Notes: generated by a model from the sequence alone, not told the origin. Counted from the first letter of the stretch, positions 1 through 7,277 are shown. The stretch: DNA of 13,182 nucleotides from Candidatus Ratteibacteria bacterium (GCA_046296715.1 JBKBIN010000040.1:1-13182), one strand, 5' to 3'. Numbers and translations: made by a program.

Positions 1-81
1 TAAAATTGATGGAAATGAAAAAATATGTAAAAATATATTTAATAAGAAACTGTTACCTATGTACCCTATTTGTACATGGAC

Positions 82-109
82 TTGACAATTTTCTATTTTT
101 ATTTAAGAT
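82..109 (+). promoter_or_regulatory. sigma70-type promoter of the HD-GYP gene (TTGACA-16 nt-TAAGAT)
   Basis: TTGACA at 82-87, TAAGAT at 104-109. The ATG at 119 is 9 nt downstream with no Shine-Dalgarno. An inverted repeat ATGTAC-N7-GTACAT lies at 59-77. Confidence 0.6.
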
Positions 110-118
110 ATTAACAAA

Positions 119-1510
119 ATGAACAAAATAAACAAAAGAAACATAAAAATTGATAAGGTAAAGACAGAAATAAATAAATTAATAAAAAGAGAAAAATTTT
201 TTTCCAATCTAATTTTATCTTTTTATGATTTTGGATTCGCTATAGTTGATGATGGAAACATTATTTTTTGTAATGAAAAATTTACAGAAATTTTAGGTTA
301 CAAAAAGGATGAAATAGTAGGGAAAAATTTTCTTGATTTAATTATATATGAGGAAAAGGAAATATGGGAAAAAAATTTAACTAAAAAAACTGATATAAAT
401 TTTGAGTCAAAATTTTTAAAAAAAGATGGTTCGGAAATTTTTGTGAAGGTTAATATTAAGTGCATAAATTATAAAAATTTTATATTAAAGTTTATCTTTT
501 TAACTGATATAACGAATGAAAAACTTTACACACAGAGTATTAAAGAATCTTCAGAAAGATATAAAGTTTTAACTGAAACGCTTCTAGATGGCATAATAGT
601 TTTAGATAAAAAAGGGAAATTTATTTTTGCAAATAATATTGCAGCAAATATTTTAGGATTTGATAAAGGTGACGAACTAATAGGAAAAAGTTTTTTTGAT
701 TTTTTAATTCAGAAAGAAAAATTTGAAAAAGAATTAAAATTAATTAATGAAAGCAAAAGTAGTTATTTTATTGAACATGAAATTATAGATAATAGAGGGT
801 TAAGATTATTTATTGAAAGTATAGGAAGGAAAATAATTTATATGCGACAGGAAGTATTTTTAATTTCATTTAGAGATATTACTGATAGAAAAATTATGAC
901 AGATAGTCTTAAAAAAGCAATTGAGAAAAATAAAAAATTACTTGAACAAACAGTAATGACATTATCTGAAGTTGTAAGTCAAAAGGATCCTTATACAGGT
1001 AATCATCAAAAGAGAGTTGCTAAACTTTCAGCTATTGTCGCTAAAGAAATGGGTTTTACAGGTGGGTTAATTGAAGGTATAAAAATCGCAGGATTATTAC
1101 ATGATATAGGAAAAATTTATGTGCCAACAGATATACTTTCAAAACCGGGAAAATTAACAGATATTGAATGGGAATTTATTAAACAACATCCTGAATTAGG
1201 TGCAAAAATTGTAAAAAATATTGAATTTCCATGGGACATAGCAGAAATAATTTTGCAACATCATGAAAGAATAGATGGTTCTGGATATCCAAAAAAATTA
1301 AAAGGAAAAGATATATTACTTGAAGCAAAAATTATAAACGTTGCAGATTCTTTAGAATCAATGATTTTTCATAGACCATATAAAGAGAAAAAAACATTAA
1401 AAGAAGCACTAAAAGAAATAGAAATTTTGAGTGGAAAACTTTATGACCCTGAAGTAGTAAGTGTTACATTAAAAATAATCAAGAAAGGATTTGATTTTGA
1501 AGATTGCTAA
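119..1510 (+). CDS. PAS-PAS-HD-GYP protein (cyclic di-nucleotide phosphodiesterase)
   Basis: Two PAS-like segments (IIFCNEKFTEILGY..EIVGKNFLDLI; FIFANNIAANILGF..ELIGKSFFDFL..RDITDRK), then HD-GYP motifs KDPYTGNHQKRV, LLHDIGK, HHERIDGSGYP and HRPYK. Confidence 0.93.
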   Translation: MNKINKRNIKIDKVKTEINKLIKREKFFSNLILSFYDFGFAIVDDGNIIFCNEKFTEILGYKKDEIVGKNFLDLIIYEEKEIWEKNLTKKTDINFESKFLKKDGSEIFVKVNIKCINYKNFILKFIFLTDITNEKLYTQSIKESSERYKVLTETLLDGIIVLDKKGKFIFANNIAANILGFDKGDELIGKSFFDFLIQKEKFEKELKLINESKSSYFIEHEIIDNRGLRLFIESIGRKIIYMRQEVFLISFRDITDRKIMTDSLKKAIEKNKKLLEQTVMTLSEVVSQKDPYTGNHQKRVAKLSAIVAKEMGFTGGLIEGIKIAGLLHDIGKIYVPTDILSKPGKLTDIEWEFIKQHPELGAKIVKNIEFPWDIAEIILQHHERIDGSGYPKKLKGKDILLEAKIINVADSLESMIFHRPYKEKKTLKEALKEIEILSGKLYDPEVVSVTLKIIKKGFDFEDC

Positions 1511-1514
1511 TTTC

Positions 1515-1533
1515 TTTTCAAAGGGATTGAAAA
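1515..1533. terminator. weak AT-rich hairpin between convergent HD-GYP and tRNA genes
   Basis: TTTTCAA-AGGGA-TTGAAAA inverted repeat in the 25-nt gap. The stem is weak. Confidence 0.25.
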
Positions 1534-1535
1534 TA

Positions 1536-1619
1536 TGCCGAAGAGGGGATTTGAACCCCTACGAGGTTAGCCCTCACCAGGTCCTGAACCTGGCGCGTCT
1601 GCCATTCCGCCACTTCGGC
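1536..1619 (-). tRNA. tRNA-Leu(CAG), CCA not encoded
   Basis: Minus strand GCCGAAGTGGCGGAATGGCAGACGCGCCAGGTTCAGGACCTGGTGAGGGCTAACCTCGTAGGGGTTCAAATCCCCTCTTCGGCA. Acceptor stem GCCGAAG/CTTCGGC, anticodon arm CCAGG-TTCAGGA-CCTGG, long variable arm, T-loop TTCAAAT, discriminator A. Confidence 0.97.
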
Positions 1620-1847
1620 ATATCTTTATTCCTTTGTTTTTTCTGCCGAGTTTAGTTTTTCAATTTTTGTATATTTATTTCAGTTGTGCTTGATTCCATA
1701 GTTGTCAAATTTTTCTTTCATTTTTTCCCTGTCATCATGTTTATCTTTTTTCCTAAATTTTACTCGCACCAACTCGCTCCTTCCGAGACATAGTTTGCTA
1801 TCCTGGGCTTACTACAGGGGCTCGTTTCCGCCACTTCGGCTATCTTT
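1605..1847. repeat. direct repeat of the tRNA-Leu 5' end plus flank (1605-1627 and 1826-1847)
   Basis: TTCCGCCACTTCGGC is identical at 1605-1619 and 1826-1840. Both copies are followed by TATCTTT, with one extra A at 1620. Confidence 0.9.
1762..1840 (-). other. GC-rich tRNA-sized element of unknown nature (possible structured RNA or dispersed repeat)
   Basis: 79 nt at about 57% GC in a very AT-rich background. It starts with tRNA-Leu nt 1-15, then shows short stems CCTG..CAGG, ATAG-CAAA-CTAT and CTCG-GAAGGAG-CGAG. No cloverleaf. Confidence 0.4.
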
Positions 1848-2687
1848 TTTAAGAGAAAAATATGTTTGAAAAATTAAATTTTCTATTGCAAGTTTTAAGT
1901 TTATATTATATTTTACTCTTTGTTTTATTTCCCAAAATTTTTCAATTAAATTTGGTTCAATATATAAAAAATTTTCAAACAATTTGGAATTTTTGCTAAT
2001 AAAAAATTCTAATGGAAAATTTTTATAAAATAAGAAACTGTCTCTCATAAAAATTAACACATTCTCAAACCATTTTTCAATTTTTTCTCTATCGTCTCTT
2101 TTATTAATTATATCAACTAATTTGAAAAAATTTAAGAAGTTTTTGTTTATTACCTTATTTAATAGTTCTAAAAATTCATTTATATCTCTTATACCTTCTT
2201 CATTTAATTCTGGCAATTCATAATTGATATATATCTTAAAACATCTTGAAGTAATAGTTGGAAGTAAAAAGTTTATATTTGGGCATAAAATTATAATAAT
2301 TCCAAATTCAGGTGGCTCTTCAATAACTTTTAAAAATGCACTTGCTGCCTCTTCTTTTAAATGTTCAATCTGAAATATATATATTTTATATTTTCCAAGG
2401 TATGGTTTAATAAATATTTCTTTTTTAACATCTCTGACTTCATCAATTGATAAGATATATTTTTCAGGAATTATCCATTTAATGTCAGGATGAGTATCGT
2501 TTTTAATTCTTTTACAATTATCACACTTTTCACAGAAAATACCTTCTATGCAGTTTAATATTCCACTTAAAAATATAGCGACTTCATTTCTTAATTTAAT
2601 ATTTCCTCCGTAAACTATATAAGCATTTTGTATTTTATTTTTTTCCTTTAGTTTTAATAATAAATTCTTTATTTCTTCTGTTTTCAT
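1812..2687 (-). CDS. holB: DNA polymerase III delta-prime subunit (clamp loader), divergent
   Basis: Zn motif LNC..CEKCDNC, HPDI, SIDEVR, AASAFLKVIEEPP and LLPTITSRC (SRC motif). P-loop is degenerate. Lies directly downstream of tmk, the usual synteny. Confidence 0.88.
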   Translation of the reverse strand: MKTEEIKNLLLKLKEKNKIQNAYIVYGGNIKLRNEVAIFLSGILNCIEGIFCEKCDNCKRIKNDTHPDIKWIIPEKYILSIDEVRDVKKEIFIKPYLGKYKIYIFQIEHLKEEAASAFLKVIEEPPEFGIIIILCPNINFLLPTITSRCFKIYINYELPELNEEGIRDINEFLELLNKVINKNFLNFFKLVDIINKRDDREKIEKWFENVLIFMRDSFLFYKNFPLEFFISKNSKLFENFLYIEPNLIEKFWEIKQRVKYNINLKLAIENLIFQTYFSLKKDSRSGGNEPL

Positions 2688-3297
2688 TTATAAACTGCTC
2701 CCATATTTCTAAAACTTTTGAAAATGTTTCTTGTTCATTTTGCCTTTTTATTATCATTATTTTTTTATTTTTTTTCGCCAATTTAAGATATCCATTTCTA
2801 ACTTTTTTTTGAAACTCAATTGATTCTTTTTCTATTCTGTCCTTTCCTTTCTTTTTTAATATTTCAATCAGATTTTCTGGTTTTTCATCTATAAGAAATG
2901 TAATATCAGGGAAAAATTTTTCTTCAATTATTGATTTATGGATTGTTTCAATAATCTTTAAAGGAATTCCTCTTCCATACCCCTGATAAGCATAGGTTGA
3001 ATCTATATACCTATCAAGGATAATAATTTTACCTTCTTTAATATATTTTTTTATTTTTTCTTCAATTAACTGAACCCTACTTGCTAAATATAAAAAAAGT
3101 TCACAAAATTTTGTGATATTTAAGTTTTTTGAAAGAAGTAATTTTCTTATTCTTTCTCCTATCAAAGTTCCACCAGGTTCATGTAAAATAACAACTGGTA
3201 AATGTTGAGATTTTAAATAATTATAGAATTTTTTTACAAGAGTAGTTTTTCCACAACCATCAATTCCTTCAAAACTTACAATAATTCCTTTTTTCAT
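2635..3297 (-). CDS. tmk: thymidylate kinase (dTMP kinase)
   Basis: FEGIDGCGKTT P-loop, HEPGGTLIGERIR, LYLASR and LDRYIDSTYAYQGYGRG. ATG at 3297 preferred over TTG at 3303. Overlaps holB by 53 nt. Confidence 0.97.
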   Translation of the reverse strand: MKKGIIVSFEGIDGCGKTTLVKKFYNYLKSQHLPVVILHEPGGTLIGERIRKLLLSKNLNITKFCELFLYLASRVQLIEEKIKKYIKEGKIIILDRYIDSTYAYQGYGRGIPLKIIETIHKSIIEEKFFPDITFLIDEKPENLIEILKKKGKDRIEKESIEFQKKVRNGYLKLAKKNKKIMIIKRQNEQETFSKVLEIWEQFINENRRNKEFIIKTKGKK

Positions 3298-3312
3298 AAA
3301 CAATAATTTCTT

Positions 3313-3885
3313 TTAATCTATGAATTTAATATAAACAGAACCAATTTTTTTACTCTCTTTTTTTATTTCTATCTCGTATTTCTGATTTTTTGGGTCTAAT
3401 GCTTTACTTTTCTTAATATCCTTATAACTAATTTTATAACCGATATCCTGTCCATCATTAAATTTTGGATTTCCTATAAAGCCAATAAAATTTACTTTTA
3501 GATTTTCTTTTTCAATTCCTTCCACATCAGTAATTTTAAATGTTATATCTTTTTTAATTTCAATTTCATCACCAATTGAAACTTTCACAATATTCCCATT
3601 TAAATTTAATACAAGAAAAATATTATTAATTTTTGCTCCCTGTTTTTCAATTTTTGGTGTTATTATTACTTTTTCAATAGAACTATACTCATCAAATTTT
3701 TTTGAAATTGGCTTTAAATAAATGACTAAATATAAATAATATAAGGCAAAAATTGTAAATATTAAAGTTAGAAACAAAGAAATTAATCCTTTTTTTCTTT
3801 TTATCTGTATTAAAATCCAACTTACTATAAACATTAAAAAAACAAGAGAAATAAGTAAAATTACAATGCCAATTTCTTTCAACAT
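3313..3885 (-). CDS. hypothetical membrane protein: two N-terminal TM helices plus a soluble beta-rich C-terminal domain
   Basis: 190-aa ORF with SD AAGGAGG, starting 2 nt after the GGDEF stop. Two hydrophobic stretches separated by KRKK. C-terminal motif KVNFIGF..NDGQDIGY. Confidence 0.8.
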   Translation of the reverse strand: MLKEIGIVILLISLVFLMFIVSWILIQIKRKKGLISLFLTLIFTIFALYYLYLVIYLKPISKKFDEYSSIEKVIITPKIEKQGAKINNIFLVLNLNGNIVKVSIGDEIEIKKDITFKITDVEGIEKENLKVNFIGFIGNPKFNDGQDIGYKISYKDIKKSKALDPKNQKYEIEIKKESKKIGSVYIKFID

Positions 3886-3887
3886 AA

Positions 3888-5111
3888 TTATCCTCCTTTT
3901 TCACCATAAATTACTATAGTATTTTTCCCAGAAGTTTTTGCTAAAAAAAGAGCATTATCTGCTTTTGATAAAATTTCTTCTTCTGATTTTGCATGTTCTG
4001 GGAAACTGGCAATTCCGATACTTAAAGTTAAATGAACTTCATCATTTACTTTTTCTGATAGAAATCTATAATTTTGAATATTTTTTCTTATTCTCTCTGC
4101 AACAGTTTTTGATTCCATACTTGTGGAAAAAGGAAGTAAATATGCAAACTCATCTCCTCCAAATCTACATATAATGTCTGTTTCTCTTAAAGATTTTTTC
4201 AGTAAAAAAGCAACTTCTTTTAAAATAATATCTCCCATTGGATGTCCATATTTATCTACATATTTCTTAAAATTATCAAGATCAGATATCATAATGGAAA
4301 ATGGGTATCCTTCTCTTTTAGCTTTTGCCAATTCTTCTTTTAACCTAACATTAAAATATCTTCTATTATAAACTTCCGTTAATGGATCTGTTATTGATGT
4401 AATATTTATATCTTCGTGAAGTATTGCGTTTTCAAGTTCTAAATTTAGATGCTTTAAAAAAACTTCAATTATTGACCTACTTGACTCAAAATCTTTTATA
4501 AACTCTTTTCTGCTTTTTTTTCTTATTCCTACTATTACAACTGCTTTTGTTTCATTTTCACTATAGATAGGAAGAGTTATAATTCCAGAACACTTATTAA
4601 AATCGTATTTTTTAATCAATTCTTTAACTTTCTGTTCCTCCTTAGTTGTAATCTTATCTGGTGAAAGAGTAGTGTAAATATAGTTTTCTACTTTATTGCC
4701 CTCACTTATTGGATTTAAATTTATTGTCATTATATCTGTAGTAACAAAATTTTTTAACTTATCACTAAATATAACCAACATACCAATATCGCCTTTATAA
4801 AAATCAATTAAAATTTCTAAGCAGTTACACAACATTTTTTCTATTTTTAGTTCTGAACTTAATTTGAATAACGAATTATTTACATCTTCCATAAGTTTTT
4901 TTTGATATAAAATTTGGGAATGATAATATTCAATTATTTTAAAACACAATAAAATAAAAAATGAAGTTATTAAAAGTGAGGGCAATATTTTTTTTATAAT
5001 AACTTTTATAGGAGTTAATGGTTCAAAGTAAGCAGAGGTTAAAATTAAAACAGTTATAAAAACAAAAAATAACAAAATTTCACTCAATATTATTAATCTT
5101 TTCCCTCCCAT
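3888..5111 (-). CDS. membrane-anchored diguanylate cyclase (2 TM, GAF-like, GGDEF)
   Basis: TDPLTEVYNRRYF, DLDNFKKYVDKYGHPMGD, intact RxxD I-site (RETD) and GGDEF, and ADNALFLAKTSGKN. Two N-terminal hydrophobic helices. Confidence 0.94.
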   Translation of the reverse strand: MGGKRLIILSEILLFFVFITVLILTSAYFEPLTPIKVIIKKILPSLLITSFFILLCFKIIEYYHSQILYQKKLMEDVNNSLFKLSSELKIEKMLCNCLEILIDFYKGDIGMLVIFSDKLKNFVTTDIMTINLNPISEGNKVENYIYTTLSPDKITTKEEQKVKELIKKYDFNKCSGIITLPIYSENETKAVVIVGIRKKSRKEFIKDFESSRSIIEVFLKHLNLELENAILHEDINITSITDPLTEVYNRRYFNVRLKEELAKAKREGYPFSIMISDLDNFKKYVDKYGHPMGDIILKEVAFLLKKSLRETDIICRFGGDEFAYLLPFSTSMESKTVAERIRKNIQNYRFLSEKVNDEVHLTLSIGIASFPEHAKSEEEILSKADNALFLAKTSGKNTIVIYGEKGG

Positions 5112-5117
5112 AAAAAA

Positions 5118-5169
5118 ATTTTACTATTTTTTTAAAAATCTTTCAATTTTTAAAAATTTGATGTATAAT
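5118..5169. promoter_or_regulatory. overlapping divergent sigma70 promoters for the GGDEF operon and pfk
   Basis: Plus: TTTCAA(5141-5146)-17-TATAAT(5164-5169). Minus: TTGAAA(5146-5141)-17-TAAAAT(5123-5118). Confidence 0.55.
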
Positions 5170-5198
5170 CAATTTACAATTTGAAAAAGGAGGTTTTT

Positions 5199-6404
5199 AT
5201 GAGTAAGATAAAAGGTAATATGTTAATTGCTCAAAGTGGTGGTCCAACTGTTGTAATAAATCAGAGTTTAGTAGGTGCTATTATTGAGGCGAAAAAACAT
5301 AAGGAAATAGAAAATATTTATGGATCATTATATGGAATTAAGGGAATCCTTAGCGGAGATTTAGTTGATCTAAAAAAGGAAAAGATTTCTGATTTAAGGA
5401 AAGTTGCTCAAACTCCTTGTGCTGCTTTGGGAAGTGTAAGAAAAAAACCAAAAGATGAGGAATGCGAAGAGATTTTTAAGAATATGCAGAAATATAATGT
5501 AAGATATTTTTTCTATATTGGAGGGAATGATTCTGCTGAAACTGCTTATATTTTAAATCAAAATGCAAAAAAGGTTGGTTATGAGTTTAAATGTTTTCAC
5601 ATTCCAAAAACAATAGATAATGATCTAAAAGAAAATGACCATACCCCTGGATATGGTTCTGCTGCAAAATTCGTTGCAATGGCAATTATAGGAGATAATC
5701 TTGATAATAAATCACTTCCAGGTATAAAAATAGATGTAATTATGGGTAGACACGCTGGATTTTTAACTGCTGCAAGTTCTTTGGCAAAAATTTACGAAGA
5801 TGACGCTCCTCATCTAATATATTTTCCAGAAAGACCTTTTATAATTGATAAATTTTTAAAAGATGTAGAAGAAGTTTATAAAAAATATAATAGATGTTTA
5901 ATTGCTGTTTCAGAAGGTATTACTGATGAAAAAGGTGAACCGATAGCGGCAAAATTTACGAAAGAAGTAGATTCTCATGGTAATGTGCAATTGAGTGGTA
6001 CTGGTGCTCTTGGTGATTTACTTGCAGAATTTGTAAAAAACGAATTAAAAGTTGATAGAGTGAGGGCTGATACTTTTGGTTATTTACAAAGATCTTTCCC
6101 AGGAATTTATTCAGAAGTTGATGCGAAAGAAGCATACAAAGTTGGAGAACTTGCCGTAAAATATGCACTTGGAAAATACGAAAGCGGGTCTGTTGCAATA
6201 AAAAGAGAAAAGGGAAGAAAATATAAGGTTTATTATGAACTTGTTCCTCTTGAGAATGTAGCAAAAGAAACAAGATCTATGCCAGATGAGTTTATAAATG
6301 AAAATGCAAATTGGGTTACAGAAAAATTTATTGAATATGCAAAGCCACTTATTGGTAAATTACCTGAAATTGGAGTCTTGAAAAAGTATAAGGTTTCTTT
6401 TTAA
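5199..6404 (+). CDS. pfp: 6-phosphofructokinase, PPi-dependent type (diphosphate--fructose-6-phosphate 1-phosphotransferase)
   Basis: AQSGGPT, YIGGNDS (Asp where ATP-type enzymes have GGDG), IPKTIDND (Lys), MGRHAG and GYLQRS. ATG at 5199 follows SD AAGGAGG. Confidence 0.88.
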   Translation: MSKIKGNMLIAQSGGPTVVINQSLVGAIIEAKKHKEIENIYGSLYGIKGILSGDLVDLKKEKISDLRKVAQTPCAALGSVRKKPKDEECEEIFKNMQKYNVRYFFYIGGNDSAETAYILNQNAKKVGYEFKCFHIPKTIDNDLKENDHTPGYGSAAKFVAMAIIGDNLDNKSLPGIKIDVIMGRHAGFLTAASSLAKIYEDDAPHLIYFPERPFIIDKFLKDVEEVYKKYNRCLIAVSEGITDEKGEPIAAKFTKEVDSHGNVQLSGTGALGDLLAEFVKNELKVDRVRADTFGYLQRSFPGIYSEVDAKEAYKVGELAVKYALGKYESGSVAIKREKGRKYKVYYELVPLENVAKETRSMPDEFINENANWVTEKFIEYAKPLIGKLPEIGVLKKYKVSF

Positions 6405-6411
6405 ATCTTTA

Positions 6412-6439
6412 TTTGATACTTAACTTTTGATACTTAACT
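6412..6439. repeat. perfect 14-bp tandem duplication (TTTGATACTTAACT x2)
   Basis: Copies at 6412-6425 and 6426-6439, spanning the stop codon of the TtuA-like gene. Confidence 0.9.
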
Positions 6440-7277
6440 GTAAATTTAATAATCTACAATAACTACATATTTTTTTATTAGTCGGTTCTCCACATACTTC
6501 ACATTGATTAGGTTGAGATATATTTAAAGAAATATTTTTAGCAATTTCTATTATACCTTCTAAAAAATATTCTCTAAAATTTGGTTGCCATTTTGATATT
6601 TCTCTTATCGTTTGATACCATTTTTCTCTTCTTTTGTCTATTTTTTGTTTTAGAAACTTATGAGGGCATATGTCCTCATCAATGTATGGAAATCCGATTT
6701 CATCACAAAAATTTTTATTTTCTTCTCCTCCTACAAAAAATAAAGGTCTAATTCTTGATAACTGTTTGCCTTCTCCTTTTAAATATGGAGTAAATTTTGA
6801 AATCCATTCAATATTTTTTCCGATTATATTTTTCATAAAGAAGACAATAAAATCGTCTCCATGATGACCTGTACACAATTTTGTTGCTTTTTCTTCTCTT
6901 GGTATTTTATTCATTAAATATCTTTTTATAGTTCCACAACTACTGCATATAGGTCTATTTAATTTTGCAATTTTTTCATAGTTAATACCAAAATCAATTA
7001 TATTGTATATTTTTAATTCTATTCTACAAATTTCTGCCTGTTTTTTTATCACTTCAATTGCTTTTTCTGGGATAAAATCACCTAATTTTATATAGAATCC
7101 AACTATTTCACAATCAATTTTATTTTGTCTTATATAGTCAGAAATTAAATAACAGGCAGAACCACTGTCTTTTCCCCCTGAAAGCCCAACAAAGATTTTA
7201 TCTCCATCTTCAATAAGTTTATATTTTCTAATTGTTTTAAATACCTTCTTTCTGTAAATTTCATTAATCTGTGTCAT
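6420..7277 (-). CDS. tRNA thiolation PP-loop ATPase, TtuA/TtcA/Ncs6 family
   Basis: SGGKDS PP-loop, CSSC, TGHHGDD, RIRPL, a CP cysteine, and C-terminal Zn finger CEVC..CSYC. Confidence 0.87.
   Translation of the reverse strand: MTQINEIYRKKVFKTIRKYKLIEDGDKIFVGLSGGKDSGSACYLISDYIRQNKIDCEIVGFYIKLGDFIPEKAIEVIKKQAEICRIELKIYNIIDFGINYEKIAKLNRPICSSCGTIKRYLMNKIPREEKATKLCTGHHGDDFIVFFMKNIIGKNIEWISKFTPYLKGEGKQLSRIRPLFFVGGEENKNFCDEIGFPYIDEDICPHKFLKQKIDKRREKWYQTIREISKWQPNFREYFLEGIIEIAKNISLNISQPNQCEVCGEPTNKKICSYCRLLNLQLSIKS

Noticed and set aside
1680..1708. minus-strand TTGACA as tRNA promoter; selenocysteine readthrough of the TGA at 1682-1680
   Set aside because: No -10 at 16-18 nt. No SECIS-like hairpin or redox motif around the TGA.
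1762..1805. c-di-GMP-I riboswitch (GCAAAC motif near c-di-GMP genes)
   Set aside because: No GAAA-capped P2 followed by GACGCAAA and no recognisable P3. Only a short match.
1770..1812. SRP RNA (CAGG...GGAAGGAGC resembles domain IV)
   Set aside because: Lacks the CAGG-NNN-GNRA-NNN-AGCAG spacing and the long enclosing stem.
1762..1840. second intact tRNA or tmRNA
   Set aside because: Only the first 15 nt match. No anticodon arm, T-arm or 3' acceptor strand at the right distance, and no tmRNA-type termini.
3692..4371. ORFs 3692-3907(-), 3938-4174(+) and 4123-4371(+)
   Set aside because: Alternative-frame or antisense shadows of well-supported genes, with no motifs.
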